A DNA stretch of 64,000 nucleotides from an uncultured Gemmatimonadales bacterium (GTDB taxonomy: Bacteria > Gemmatimonadota > Gemmatimonadetes > Gemmatimonadales > GWC2-71-9), in contig CAWFOY010000009.1 of the NCBI GenBank assembly GCA_963817575.1, forward strand, positions 10,780 through 74,779, given 5' to 3'. Under the pieces are notes generated by a model that searched no databases, was not told the origin of the DNA, and worked only from the letters and a program-made list of their open reading frames with translations. Made by a program: the position numbers and the translations under genes. Below, in pieces: positions 19,261-29,453 of this stretch; position 1 is the stretch's first letter, and each line of letters opens with the position of its first letter.

Positions 19261-20908
19261 CTATCTCCCGGCGACCGGTGAGGAGGCCCCACGCGACCAC
19301 GCCACCTGGGAATCGCTATACTCCGCCAACGCCGGGGCCTCCGCCTCGGGAATCAACTGTTTCACCTCCCCGGTCGAGATGGTCAGAACAAAGATTCGCC
19401 CGGCGATGTGCGTCCCGTCCGCAGATATAGGTCCGGTGACGTGCCCGAACGCGAGCATGCGCCCATCCGGAGACCAGTCGGCGTTTCCGGAATAGTAGGA
19501 GTTTGTGGGGCGGCGATACAGGATCGTTCGGCTTCCGGTGCCGTCCCAGGCGAGGCTGGCCACCACATGCTCACCGGTTGACATCTCCGGTGTCAAACGC
19601 GATCACGGATCCGTCTGGTGACCAGGCTGGCTCGCTCTCAAACCACTCCAGCGGATCATCGACGCTGACGAGAGGGCGAATCTCGGATCCGTCGGCCTTC
19701 ATGATGTAGATCTGCGACGGCACATCGTACCAATTGCCTCCCCGCACGAACGCGATGCGCTGACCATCGGGTGACCATGCAGGCAAGAAGAGGTAGTCGT
19801 CCGGTTGCATGAAGAGTTCGCTGATAAGCCTGCCGAACCCGAATCCCTCGGCGTCGATCACAGCAATTCCCGCCCCAAGACTGACCGCGACCTTCGTGCC
19901 GTCGGGCGACCACGTTGGGTATTCACCTTCCGCCAGCACTCTCTCCCCGGTGCCGTCGGTGTTCATCACGTAGGTCACGGCTGAGGGCGGGCTGGTACTA
20001 AACGACGTCCGATAAAACGCGATTCTCCGCCCGTCCCACGACAAGGCGGGCCGCTCTCCAGTCGTGAGCCACGTGACGCCCGTACCGTCCGCATTGGCAA
20101 CGTAGATCTGGTCTGTACCGGTGCGATCGCTCACGAAGGCGAGCGCCGGGGGAGGCGGAGGTTCCGCGCCCGTCGTGAAGTTCACGGTGAGCGCGGTCGT
20201 GAGCGCCTCGCCGTCCAGGTCCTGGACCCCTTGGGTGATCTCCAACTCGTACCCCGTGGCTGCCGCCAGGGGCTCCGCGGGCACGAATTCGGCCGTGAGG
20301 TGCTTCGCGTCGGCCACCTGCACCTCTCCGGCCACCTCCGCGAGCCCGCGCTTGAGCCGGATTGTCTTGCCGGTCAGCGTCGTGCCGTCGATCGGCTCGC
20401 TGAAGACGATCACGATCCGGGCATTGAGCGGCACGTCCCGCTTGCCGTCGGCCGGGTCGGTGCGCACGACGATCGGCGGCGCCGTGGCCGGGACCACGAG
20501 CAGGAAGTTCCGCGGGCTCGATCCCGAGCTCACCTTGACTGCGATATCAAGCGTGTCACCGGCAATGGCTTCGACCGCGACGGGATCGAAACCTCCCTCC
20601 ACCATCAGAGCGAGGACCGTGGACCCTGTCCGCCGATTCAGAATCGCCGCCCAGGTGCCGGTCGGAATCTCCCCCGATGCGAGCGAGACGTATGCCACCG
20701 GGGCGTCGCCCCGCGAGCCCGTGACGCTGGCGGTCGCACCGGACGGTATGGCCGGTGCTGAACTGGGAATCGGGTTTGAGACCAGGAACGCCGGTGACGT
20801 GTTCCCTGGGGGACCGAGCGTGTCGGAATCAGAGCTGCATGCGCCCAGCCAGGCCACAGCGGCCGACACCAGCACGGCCCAGGCGAGTCCTGCGACGCCC
20901 CGTCTCAC
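19261..20908 (-). CDS. Lipoprotein paralog 2: N-module + Big_5 + TolB/PD40 propeller, frameshift near 19585
   Basis: GTG at 20908 overlaps the upstream stop; lipobox LGAC; PD40 repeats continue in ORF 19261-19596. Confidence 0.8.
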
Positions 20909-23154
20909 GGTCGCCACGCCGGGCTCTGCCCGTTGGCGATGATCCGGCCTTGCCGGCTTCCGTCCGCGCTGATCCAGTGGATATCCCCGGAGGACGAGAA
21001 CGCGATCGCCTGCCCGTCCGGCGACCAGGTCGGCTTGGCGGGTCCGCCCGACACCGCTATCTGCACAAGTCCGGATCCATCGGCGTTCCGTACCTCCACC
21101 ACACCTGAACTGCAGATGCCAAACGACCAGGGGCAGCTGACGACGGCGAGCCGTTGACCGTCGGGTGACCACGTGGGCTGGAAGTAGTAACTGACCGGCC
21201 AGAAGAAGGAGCCCTCGACCAGCGCCGGCTCGACCAGCGCCGTCACGCCCGAGGTGTCAGCATCCACGACGTACACATCGTAGACGAAGTCGTAGGCCCG
21301 CCAGTCGCTCACGAAGGCAATTTTGCGACCGTCGGGCGACCAAGCCGGGTCGGCATCATATCCGGGAAGGACGACAACAGGGGTCACGCCAGTCCCATCA
21401 TCATCCGCGCTAAGCACGTACACATTCTGACTCCCCTCGCCGCTGGCGGCGAAGGCGATCCGGGCGCCGTCGGGCGACCAGGCCGGCGCCTCGACGTAGC
21501 GGCCGCTCGCGCGCCGGACGAGGTTCGAGCCGTCGGCGTTCATGACGAAGAGGTCCGATGAGTCGGCACGCGCACGGATGAACGAGATCCGCTGTCCGTC
21601 CGGAGACCAGGCCGGGTCGCGATCACCCGGACCGTCCGACAGTTGGACCAGGCCGCTCCCATCCGTGCTCACCTGGTAAATCTGCCCATTGCGCACAAAG
21701 GCGAGTTGCCCCGACGGCGGCGGGATCTGAGGTGGGGTCCCCGGATCCGGCGTGCGGTACCACCCCTCTTCGAGGCCGGCCTGGATGAGGATGTAGTTGT
21801 ACGCAATTGCCACGACGGAATCACCGAGGAGTGTGCCGTACGCATCAAACATTCCACCGTCGTCGGCATCGAACTCGACGAAATCGAAACTGATTGATGA
21901 ACTCGCGCGGGTATATCGACCGGTGTAAATCAAGGTGTCGGACACGATGTCGTACTGCAGCTCGAAACGACCATCGTCGCCGAGCAGGTAGCGGGACTGA
22001 TAGCCGGATTGACTGTGGGGTGTTTCCCGCTCGTACACCGCAGCAACTGACAAGATGGGGACGATGACCCGGAACGTGGCGCTGGTCGCAGCCGTGACTC
22101 CGGTAGCCGATGCCGTGAGCGTGTATCCGATGCCGCCCGCGCTAAGTCGCAGATCAGCGAATATCGCCACGCCCTCATTGGGAGCGACCCTCGTCATTCC
22201 CGCGAGTGACCCACCTCCCGGATTCTGGCCCAGCGCGATCGAAATGCTGTCCGTAAACGCCGGCATGGTGTTGCCCAGGGCATCCTGCACGGTGACCTTC
22301 ACTGCAGGGCTGATCGCCGAGTCCTGCATCGCGTCGCCCGGTTGCCCCGTGAAGACCAATCGGAGGGTGGTGGTTTCGCTGGTGGTGAACGCTATGCTGA
22401 TCGAGTCCTCGAGCGCCTCGCCGTCCAGATCCTCGATTCCCTGCGAGACCTCCAGCTGGTAGCCCGTGCTCGGCGCCAGGGGCTGGTCGGGCACGAACTC
22501 CGCCGAGAGCTGATCCGCGTCGCCAAACTGGACTTGCCCCGGCACGTCGGCGAGCCCACGCTTGAGCCGGATCGTCGTGCCGGTCAGCGTCGTGCCATCG
22601 ATCGGCTCGCTGAAGACGATCACGATCCGGGCATTGAGCGGCACATCCCGCTTGCCATCGGCCGGTTCGGTGCGCACCACGATCGGGGGCGCCGTAAGCG
22701 GCACGTAGAGCAGGAAGCTCAGCAGGCTCGCCCCGGAACTCCCCTCGATCTCGACCGCCAGCGCATCACCGGCTATTGCCTCCATCGCGACAGGACCGAA
22801 GCCGCCGTGCTCCATGGGCGTGGTGATCGTGGTCCCACTGCGCAAGTTCCCGATCCTGGCCGAGATTCCGGTCGGGATCTCGCCCTCCGCGAGCGACACG
22901 TACACGACCGTGGCATCGCCCCGCGAGCCCTCGACACGCGCAACTGTGACGGATGCGCCCTCGGGAGCCGGACCGACCACCGTATCCGACACCACGAGTG
23001 GCGACGGTGTAGCCGGCGGCGGGTCATTCCCCGGCGGACTGAAAGAGTCTGATTCGGAGCCGCAGCCCCCCAGCCAACCCAGACAAATGAGAACCAGCCA
23101 GGTCAGGCCGGGCCAACGCCGTCTTGTCGAGTGATTGATGCGGTCTGTGCTCAT
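20905..23154 (-). CDS. Lipoprotein paralog 3: N-module + Big_5 + Ig-like module + TolB/PD40 propeller
   Basis: ATG 23154 with GAGGGA RBS; lipobox LGGC; five WSPDG repeats. Confidence 0.88.
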   Translation of the reverse strand: MSTDRINHSTRRRWPGLTWLVLICLGWLGGCGSESDSFSPPGNDPPPATPSPLVVSDTVVGPAPEGASVTVARVEGSRGDATVVYVSLAEGEIPTGISARIGNLRSGTTITTPMEHGGFGPVAMEAIAGDALAVEIEGSSGASLLSFLLYVPLTAPPIVVRTEPADGKRDVPLNARIVIVFSEPIDGTTLTGTTIRLKRGLADVPGQVQFGDADQLSAEFVPDQPLAPSTGYQLEVSQGIEDLDGEALEDSISIAFTTSETTTLRLVFTGQPGDAMQDSAISPAVKVTVQDALGNTMPAFTDSISIALGQNPGGGSLAGMTRVAPNEGVAIFADLRLSAGGIGYTLTASATGVTAATSATFRVIVPILSVAAVYERETPHSQSGYQSRYLLGDDGRFELQYDIVSDTLIYTGRYTRASSSISFDFVEFDADDGGMFDAYGTLLGDSVVAIAYNYILIQAGLEEGWYRTPDPGTPPQIPPPSGQLAFVRNGQIYQVSTDGSGLVQLSDGPGDRDPAWSPDGQRISFIRARADSSDLFVMNADGSNLVRRASGRYVEAPAWSPDGARIAFAASGEGSQNVYVLSADDDGTGVTPVVVLPGYDADPAWSPDGRKIAFVSDWRAYDFVYDVYVVDADTSGVTALVEPALVEGSFFWPVSYYFQPTWSPDGQRLAVVSCPWSFGICSSGVVEVRNADGSGLVQIAVSGGPAKPTWSPDGQAIAFSSSGDIHWISADGSRQGRIIANGQSPAWRP

Positions 23155-23311
23155 TCGGTCATCCCTCGACTGACCCCTCGACGGACCTGACCGGCGCTTG
23201 CCGGCTTCCACTTCATGGACGTCAAAACGGGGCATAGCCGTCGCCCACGACGGCCCACGGTGCCCGCCCAGGCGCTCAAACCCCGGGGTGTACCGCGCAC
23301 TAACTGATTTG

Positions 23312-25441
23312 CTACTTGTACCAGAAATCGAATCCGACGTAGCTGAGCCCTTGCCCCACCCGGACGCGCGTGGTTGCGGATTGCCACGGGACTAGCTCCC
23401 AGGTTGCCCCAGAGATACTCGGCGCGACATCCACAAGTCGGACATCATACTCCCCTGGGACGGTCACATCGAAGTGCGCGGACCAGGGGGTGTCATCCCA
23501 GGAGGTCGCCCATTCCGTGTATTGAGCGGGCCCGATCGTCGCTTCGAAATGCACGCCATCGGTACTGGTGCCTGCAACCCCGTTCACCTCGATACGCACA
23601 TCGACTCCGCCCCAATACCCGCTGTCGCAGTTGCCCCAGTCATCCGGTGTTGGTGGATCGGGCAACGCCCAGGGGCACCTGTTGACTCCGACCAGCAGGA
23701 GGGGAGCGCGCGGACGCAGCAGCAGGTCCGGCAGCACGGTTATTTCGCCTTCGACCACCTCGACGGTCAGCGTCGTGTCCGAGTAGAGATGCAGTCCGGG
23801 AAAGATGAGGCTCCAGCCGTGCATCACGGAAACCGCGATCGTCCACGTTCCGGCCGGCAGGAGCCCGACCAGGCCGGACCCGTCGCTATAGTAAGGTACT
23901 CGCCGTAGGTGGGTGGGATCTGAGATCGGGGCCGCGAGCATTTGCGGTATGGCGGGAGAGGGCAGCGGCGCCTGTGTTTCGGCATCGAGTATTCTCAGCC
24001 GGATCGAGTCAAGTCCATCCGTCGGAGGCTCCCTCCCCACACCGAAAGTGACACTCTCTACACTCGTGAGTCCGGGGGCCGATGCCACCAGCGTGACCCC
24101 GGTTGCGCCCCCGATTACCCACAAGTCTTCGAATATGGCCACGCCCTGGAAGGCGGGGACTCGCACCGTCCCGGCCAGCACCCCATCGATCGTATGCTCG
24201 CCCAGTGCGAGGGTGATGCTGTCGGCGAAGTCCGTCACAGTATTTCCCAGCGCGTCCTGCACGGTGACCTCGACCGCCGGACTGATCGGTGATCCCTCGA
24301 CCGCACCACTCGGCTGGACGGTGAACACCAGCCGGGTGCCGGGAAGGTTTCCACCAGTGACACTGAACGCCTCGCTCGTGTCACTTGGGACCCCACCGGC
24401 TGAAGCCGCGAGTCGGTACCCGACCCCGTTGACGTCCAGTCGTAGATCGGGGAACGTCGCAACGCCCCCCACGGCTGCCACTCTCATCGTGCCTGCCAGA
24501 GACCCGCCAGCTGGATTCTGGCCAAGCCCAACGGTGATACTATCCGAGAATGCCGCGACGGTGCTGCCCTGGGCGTCCTGCACCCTGACCTCGACCGCCG
24601 GGCTGATCACTGCGCCCGCTAGGACGTTGCTAGGCTGCACTGCGAAGGCCAGATGCAAGGCCGCGGCAGTGGTCGTGGTGAACTCGACGCTGACTGGCTC
24701 CTCGAGCGGCTCGCCGTCCAGGTCCTCGATCTCCTGGGTGATCAACACCTTGTATTCGGTGCTCGGCGCGAGGGGCTCGGCAGGCACGAATTCCGCGGTC
24801 AGTTGACCCGCGTCGGCGAACTGGACCTCTCCGGCTACCTCGACAAACCCGCGCTTGAGCCGGATTGTCGTGCCGCTGAGCGTGTTCCCGTCGATCGGTT
24901 CGCTGAAGACGATCACGATCCGGGCATTGAGCGGAACGTCCCGCTTGCCGTCGGCCGGCTCGGTGCGCACCACGATGGGCGGCGCCGTGGCTGGCACCCT
25001 GAGCAGGAAGCTCAGCCGGTTCGGCCCGGAGCTCACCTCGATCTCCAGGGTGTCGCCCGCAGCGGCCTCCACCGCCACCGGATCGAAGCCGCCCGCCACC
25101 ATCGGCGTGGTCACCGTGGCCCCGGTGCGCAGGTTCTGGATGGTGGCCGAGGTGCCGGTCGGGATTTCCCCTTCGGCGAGCGACACGTAGACCACGGCGG
25201 TCAGCTCGCGGGAGCCCGCGACGTTCGCACCAGTCACGGAAGCTCCAGCGGGCGCCGCGCCCAATACCGTGTCCGACACAAGGAGTGGTGAGGGCGGCGT
25301 CGGCGAGGGGTCATCCACAGGCGGACTGAGGGAGTCCGAATCGGAACTGCAGCCCCCAATCCAGGCCAGCAGGACCAAGGCCAGCCCCGTCCAGCCAAGC
25401 CGGTGCGTCCACGCGGAGAGTCTGATGCGCTCGGTCCTCAT
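23312..25441 (-). CDS. Lipoprotein paralog 4: N-module + Big_5 + two Ig-like modules + unique C-terminal domain
   Basis: ATG 25441 with GGAGGG RBS; lipobox IGGC; two L.F.VQPS...ISPAVEV.VQDA repeats. Confidence 0.87.
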   Translation of the reverse strand: MRTERIRLSAWTHRLGWTGLALVLLAWIGGCSSDSDSLSPPVDDPSPTPPSPLLVSDTVLGAAPAGASVTGANVAGSRELTAVVYVSLAEGEIPTGTSATIQNLRTGATVTTPMVAGGFDPVAVEAAAGDTLEIEVSSGPNRLSFLLRVPATAPPIVVRTEPADGKRDVPLNARIVIVFSEPIDGNTLSGTTIRLKRGFVEVAGEVQFADAGQLTAEFVPAEPLAPSTEYKVLITQEIEDLDGEPLEEPVSVEFTTTTAAALHLAFAVQPSNVLAGAVISPAVEVRVQDAQGSTVAAFSDSITVGLGQNPAGGSLAGTMRVAAVGGVATFPDLRLDVNGVGYRLAASAGGVPSDTSEAFSVTGGNLPGTRLVFTVQPSGAVEGSPISPAVEVTVQDALGNTVTDFADSITLALGEHTIDGVLAGTVRVPAFQGVAIFEDLWVIGGATGVTLVASAPGLTSVESVTFGVGREPPTDGLDSIRLRILDAETQAPLPSPAIPQMLAAPISDPTHLRRVPYYSDGSGLVGLLPAGTWTIAVSVMHGWSLIFPGLHLYSDTTLTVEVVEGEITVLPDLLLRPRAPLLLVGVNRCPWALPDPPTPDDWGNCDSGYWGGVDVRIEVNGVAGTSTDGVHFEATIGPAQYTEWATSWDDTPWSAHFDVTVPGEYDVRLVDVAPSISGATWELVPWQSATTRVRVGQGLSYVGFDFWYK

Positions 25442-25461
25442 GATGCCCTCCCTGCACGCAT

Positions 25462-25493
25462 CGTTGGACGGCCGCGCAATCCCTGGTTGCTCA
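25462..25493 (-). promoter_or_regulatory. Candidate ECF promoter copy
   Basis: TGAGCAACCAGGGATTGCGCGGCCGTCCAACG, 20 nt upstream of ATG 25441. Confidence 0.6.
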
Positions 25494-28400
25494 TCGAGCC
25501 CCACCGACCACAACGAATCCGGCCCAATGAAACGGGTGCCCGGTCGCCGGCAGGCGCAGCAGCTCGCGCTGCGCCTCCGCCAACGCCCGTTCCGGCTCCG
25601 CGCCCGCTGCCAGGCCCCGGTAGAACTCCTCCATCAGGGCGCCCGTTGCCCGGTCCTCGACGGACCACAGCGTGGCGACGACCCGCGCCGCCCCGGCGTG
25701 GAGGAACGCCCGGCTCAGCCCGACCCAGTCATCCCCAGCCGGCACGTCCGCCAGCGCCCCGGAGCCGAGCGCGGTCTGGCAGGCGGACAGAACGATGAGG
25801 TCTGCCGCGAGGTCCAGACCGAAGACCTCGTGCACCTCGAGGCGCCCATCGTGTGCGGCATCGGGCCCGAACTCCACATAAGAGAACAGCGGATTCTGCT
25901 TGTTGAGCACGCCGTAGCCTGCCAGGTGCAGCACCCGCCGCGATGGCGCCTCGCGGCGGAATGCCGACTCGGATGCCGCGGCGCCGGTCAGGACCGTGGT
26001 GCCGGATCCCGTCAGCCGCGCGATTGCCCGAACCTCCCCGAGCGAGGCCGGCAAGGCGTCGGGCCGGGGGGCCAGCGCGAGTGCCCCTGCCGACGCCCTG
26101 CCCTTCCGACGGTTCCCCAGCGCGAGCCAGACCGACGCCGACGGCGTCTGCGCCAGCTCGAACCGCTGCACCAGATACCTCCGGCTCCCCGGGTCGAGCA
26201 GCGCCGCGAAGGGCAGATAGTGCAGCTCGGCGTGCGGAACGAAGATCAGTCGCTTGGCGCCTGCGAGCAGGCCGGACGCGTCGATGGGGGCGATCAGGTA
26301 TTCGTGCAGCCGCCTCAACGGGCTCCGCCATAACGAATCGCCGCGCACGGAACCCCGGCTCTCCAGGGTGCCGCGCGCGAGTTCGACCAGCCTGGCCAGG
26401 TCGGGTCGTCCGACGCCGAGGTCCACAACCGCCAGCGTGTCCCGCCTCACGACGAACGCCAGCGATGCCGAGTCGCTCAGGAGGTACTCGATGAAGACCT
26501 CATCCCCCTCGAGACGGCGCGCGACGTCCTGCCAGGACGCGGGTTCGGCCGTGAGGAGCGACGCCTGCGCCGGAGCGCGATCCCGCATGTCGAGCAGGAC
26601 CGTGGCATAGGCGTCCTGCGCGCGCGTGAGCGCCTCGCGTCTCTGTGCGTCGCCCGGCGACTCACTCGGGCCGCGGAGCGCAACCGGCCCGCTGGGTGCG
26701 CGCTCCGGATCCCGGACCAGCTCGGCCATTCGATGCTGCAGGTCCTGCGCCCGACCCAGGAGCGCCGCCGCCGTGTCCGACGGCGCGCCAATCCGCCCCC
26801 GCATCAACATTTCGAGCATCTCCCGGGCACGCAGCCGTTCGCTGGCGTCGAACGCGCTCCCGGGCCGGTTCCGCTCCCGTTCGAATAGTGCGAGCCGGGC
26901 GTACACTTCCCATTTGTCCGACAGGAATGCCGAGCGGCGCTCCGCCAGCCGGAGCGACCGCCCGGAGCGTTCCACCTCACTGATCGCGGCGCGCAGCTCG
27001 CGCACTGCGCGGTCCGGCGAACCGCGAGCATGCTCCACATTTCCAAGCCCGGCATGAAGCCGCCACGCGATGTCCGGCGCGATGCGATCGGCCAGGCGCC
27101 CGAGTCCGGCGCGATAGAGCGAATCCGCCACCCGCCACCGGCCGGCCTCAGCCTCGAGCGCCGCACGACCCTCGAGCGCGGCGGCGGCTCCCACCGGATC
27201 GCCCAATTCCGAAAGCTCTTCGGCTGCCCGGGTGAATTGACGCGTTGCCCCAGCCATGTCGCCCGCCGCCTGGGCCGCGTAACCCAGCGAGATCCGGGTG
27301 AGCGCGGCCGCACGCATGTTTCCGACGACTGACTGGGTGCGCATCGCGCCGGTCAGCAGCGACTGTGCCTGCTTCGCCTCGCCGCGCTCGAGCAGCAGCA
27401 CACCACGCCCAGACTGCGCCTCGGCCTGGCCGGCTGGATCGGCCGCCCGGCCGTACAGCCCTTCGGCCTGGAGATACAGGCGCTCCGCTTCAGCGAAGTC
27501 ATTGAGTTGGAACGCGAGGTCCGCGCGTGCGAGGATCAGATCGGCTCGCACACCAGGAGGCACCTTGGCGGAGTCGGCCAGATCCTGCGCACGTCGCAGG
27601 AGGTCGACCGCACCCTGCAGGTTTCCCGCGGCGCCGAGCGCACCAGCCAGCGTCCGTCGCACCGCAATGGCTTCGACCACCGGACCCGTGCGGTCGTAGA
27701 TGGTCTGTGCCTCGACCAGCACGCTGCGTGCAGCGGGGTAGTCCCCACGCCGCAGCTCGAGCTGGCCGAGGCCGTGCAGCGCGGCGGCGACATCGGTCCA
27801 GGCCTCGCGCGGGCGCCAGGTCGCGATCGCATCTCGGTACAGCGCCTCGGCACGCCCGAAATCGCCCTCCAGGGTCGCAATGCCGGCGAGGTTCACCAGA
27901 TTCGTCGCCGCGACGGCGTCACGCCCATCCCGGCGATTGATGTCGAGCGCGGCCTCGAAGTGCCGTCGCGCCTCGTCCTGGTCCCCAAGCCTCTGCGCCA
28001 ACAGGCCGAGGTTGTTGTGGTCTGCCGCCAAGCCGCGCCTATCTCCGGTGCGCTCGCGGAGCGCCATCGCCCGCGAATACCGGTCCCGGGCGGCGGCCAG
28101 GTCGCCGCGCTCCTCGCTCACACCGGCTAGCAGGCCGAGGGCGTTCGCTTCGACGCGGGCATCCCCCACCGCGGCCGCCGCTACGCGGGCACGCTCGAGG
28201 TAAAGCCCCGCACTGTCGGCAACTCGCTCGACCAGAAATCCCGCGCCGATGTTCCCCAGCACAGCGGCGACACCTGCGCTGTCACCGATCGCCATCGAGC
28301 CCGCGAGCGCCCGTCGCCAGAGGGCGATAGCTGCCTGGGGGCCATCCCGGCTGTAGGCTGAGACGCCGGCCCGCCGCACGCTGTCCGCGCGGACTTTCGC

Positions 28401-28703
28401 GGCCCGCCGCTCCCCGGGCCACGCCGCGAACCGGTCGACCTCACGCAGGAAAAAGGAATCACGCCACGCGAGCGCATACGCCACCGCCAGGCGGCGCGTC
28501 GCTGCAAGTTCCGTCGTTGCCGACGCCGGGAATCGGACTGCCCTCGCCATTCCCTCGGCGACGGCCTCTCGCACCTCATACGGTCGCGCCCGCGTTTCAA
28601 GCACCAGCTCGGATCCCGATCGGCCCTGTGCGAGAAGCCGCAGGGAATCCGCCCCCGGCGACTGAAGCGCCACGATCGCCAGCACCAGCGGGAAGGCTGT
28701 CAC
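25491..28703 (-). CDS. TPR-CHAT (caspase-like) protein, catalytic His replaced by Tyr
   Basis: Long TPR array (NNLG, NLA); VPHAELHYLPF, HLAGYG, LSACQT, ATLWSVED, HPFHWAGF; GTG 28703 overlaps the anti-sigma stop; hydrophobic N-terminus. Confidence 0.9.
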   Translation of the reverse strand: MTAFPLVLAIVALQSPGADSLRLLAQGRSGSELVLETRARPYEVREAVAEGMARAVRFPASATTELAATRRLAVAYALAWRDSFFLREVDRFAAWPGERRAAKVRADSVRRAGVSAYSRDGPQAAIALWRRALAGSMAIGDSAGVAAVLGNIGAGFLVERVADSAGLYLERARVAAAAVGDARVEANALGLLAGVSEERGDLAAARDRYSRAMALRERTGDRRGLAADHNNLGLLAQRLGDQDEARRHFEAALDINRRDGRDAVAATNLVNLAGIATLEGDFGRAEALYRDAIATWRPREAWTDVAAALHGLGQLELRRGDYPAARSVLVEAQTIYDRTGPVVEAIAVRRTLAGALGAAGNLQGAVDLLRRAQDLADSAKVPPGVRADLILARADLAFQLNDFAEAERLYLQAEGLYGRAADPAGQAEAQSGRGVLLLERGEAKQAQSLLTGAMRTQSVVGNMRAAALTRISLGYAAQAAGDMAGATRQFTRAAEELSELGDPVGAAAALEGRAALEAEAGRWRVADSLYRAGLGRLADRIAPDIAWRLHAGLGNVEHARGSPDRAVRELRAAISEVERSGRSLRLAERRSAFLSDKWEVYARLALFERERNRPGSAFDASERLRAREMLEMLMRGRIGAPSDTAAALLGRAQDLQHRMAELVRDPERAPSGPVALRGPSESPGDAQRREALTRAQDAYATVLLDMRDRAPAQASLLTAEPASWQDVARRLEGDEVFIEYLLSDSASLAFVVRRDTLAVVDLGVGRPDLARLVELARGTLESRGSVRGDSLWRSPLRRLHEYLIAPIDASGLLAGAKRLIFVPHAELHYLPFAALLDPGSRRYLVQRFELAQTPSASVWLALGNRRKGRASAGALALAPRPDALPASLGEVRAIARLTGSGTTVLTGAAASESAFRREAPSRRVLHLAGYGVLNKQNPLFSYVEFGPDAAHDGRLEVHEVFGLDLAADLIVLSACQTALGSGALADVPAGDDWVGLSRAFLHAGAARVVATLWSVEDRATGALMEEFYRGLAAGAEPERALAEAQRELLRLPATGHPFHWAGFVVVGGAR

Positions 28704-29377
28704 GGGACGCCGTCCGGTGCGATCGAGAAGGTGACCGGGGCGGAGGCCGCCCACCGGTCCCAGCCGGTGCGGGCCTCCACCATCCACAGGTAGGTGCGGC
28801 CCGGCTCGAGCGTGGCCGAGTCCGGCAGGGCGAGCATCGTGTCGGAGGTTTCACCGCCAAAAACGATCTCGCTGTTGGAATCGAAGACGATGATGCGGTA
28901 CCGGTCCGCGCCGGGAACGGCCGTCCACCGCAGGAGACTTCCTTCGGCGACGACGCCGACCGGCGACACCAGCATCGGAGTTGCCGCTGGCGAGGAGGTT
29001 CCGCGATGCGGTGGCGGCACCACTTCGACGCGGCGGGGCAGCGCGAAGACCACCAGCAGAATGGCCGCTGCCGTCAGGGGAACGGCGAGGCGGGCGAAAC
29101 GGCGGAATGGATGCATCACCGGCTGCGGGACAGCGACGCGCACGTCCTCGTCGGCCAGCAGCCGGGCAACGGAGGCGACGGCGGCCCGGCAGTGCGGGCA
29201 GCCGGCCAGGTGCGACACCGCACCCTCGCGTGCTTCCGCCGCGAGCGTCCCGTCGGCAAGCGACGCGAGCGTGACCTCGTTGAGGCACTCGGGGCCACGC
29301 GGGGACGGTGCCTCGGCGGCTCGGAGCGAGGGCGCCAGCAGGCGGCGGAGGCGATCGAGGTCTTCGGGGTGGGTCAC
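28700..29377 (-). CDS. Zinc-finger (ZAS/zf-HC2) membrane anti-sigma factor with extracytoplasmic Fn3-like domain
   Basis: HLAGCPHC (HxxxCxxC), TM helix, W..VPGA..Y...L.PG..Y.W.V; GGAGG RBS. Confidence 0.85.
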   Translation of the reverse strand: MTHPEDLDRLRRLLAPSLRAAEAPSPRGPECLNEVTLASLADGTLAAEAREGAVSHLAGCPHCRAAVASVARLLADEDVRVAVPQPVMHPFRRFARLAVPLTAAAILLVVFALPRRVEVVPPPHRGTSSPAATPMLVSPVGVVAEGSLLRWTAVPGADRYRIIVFDSNSEIVFGGETSDTMLALPDSATLEPGRTYLWMVEARTGWDRWAASAPVTFSIAPDGVP

Positions 29378-29421
29378 GCGGATGCGTCCTCCAGGGCGGC
29401 TCGCTTCGACAGATACGTGGA

Positions 29422-29453
29422 CGTTAGACGGCCAGAGATACCCCGAGTGCTCA
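29422..29453 (-). promoter_or_regulatory. Candidate ECF promoter copy
   Basis: TGAGCACTCGGGGTATCTCTGGCCGTCTAACG, 44 nt upstream of the anti-sigma start. Confidence 0.6.

Noticed and set aside
23155-23311. Fifth copy of the promoter motif upstream of lipoprotein 3
   Set aside because: Only partial elements (TAGCA, GAGCG, CCGTTTTGACG) without the fixed spacing
19085-29453. GTCTAAC/GTCCAAC after stop codons as integron attC R'' boxes
   Set aside because: No downstream GTTRRRY or attC hairpin, too close to the next start codon, and no integron integrase
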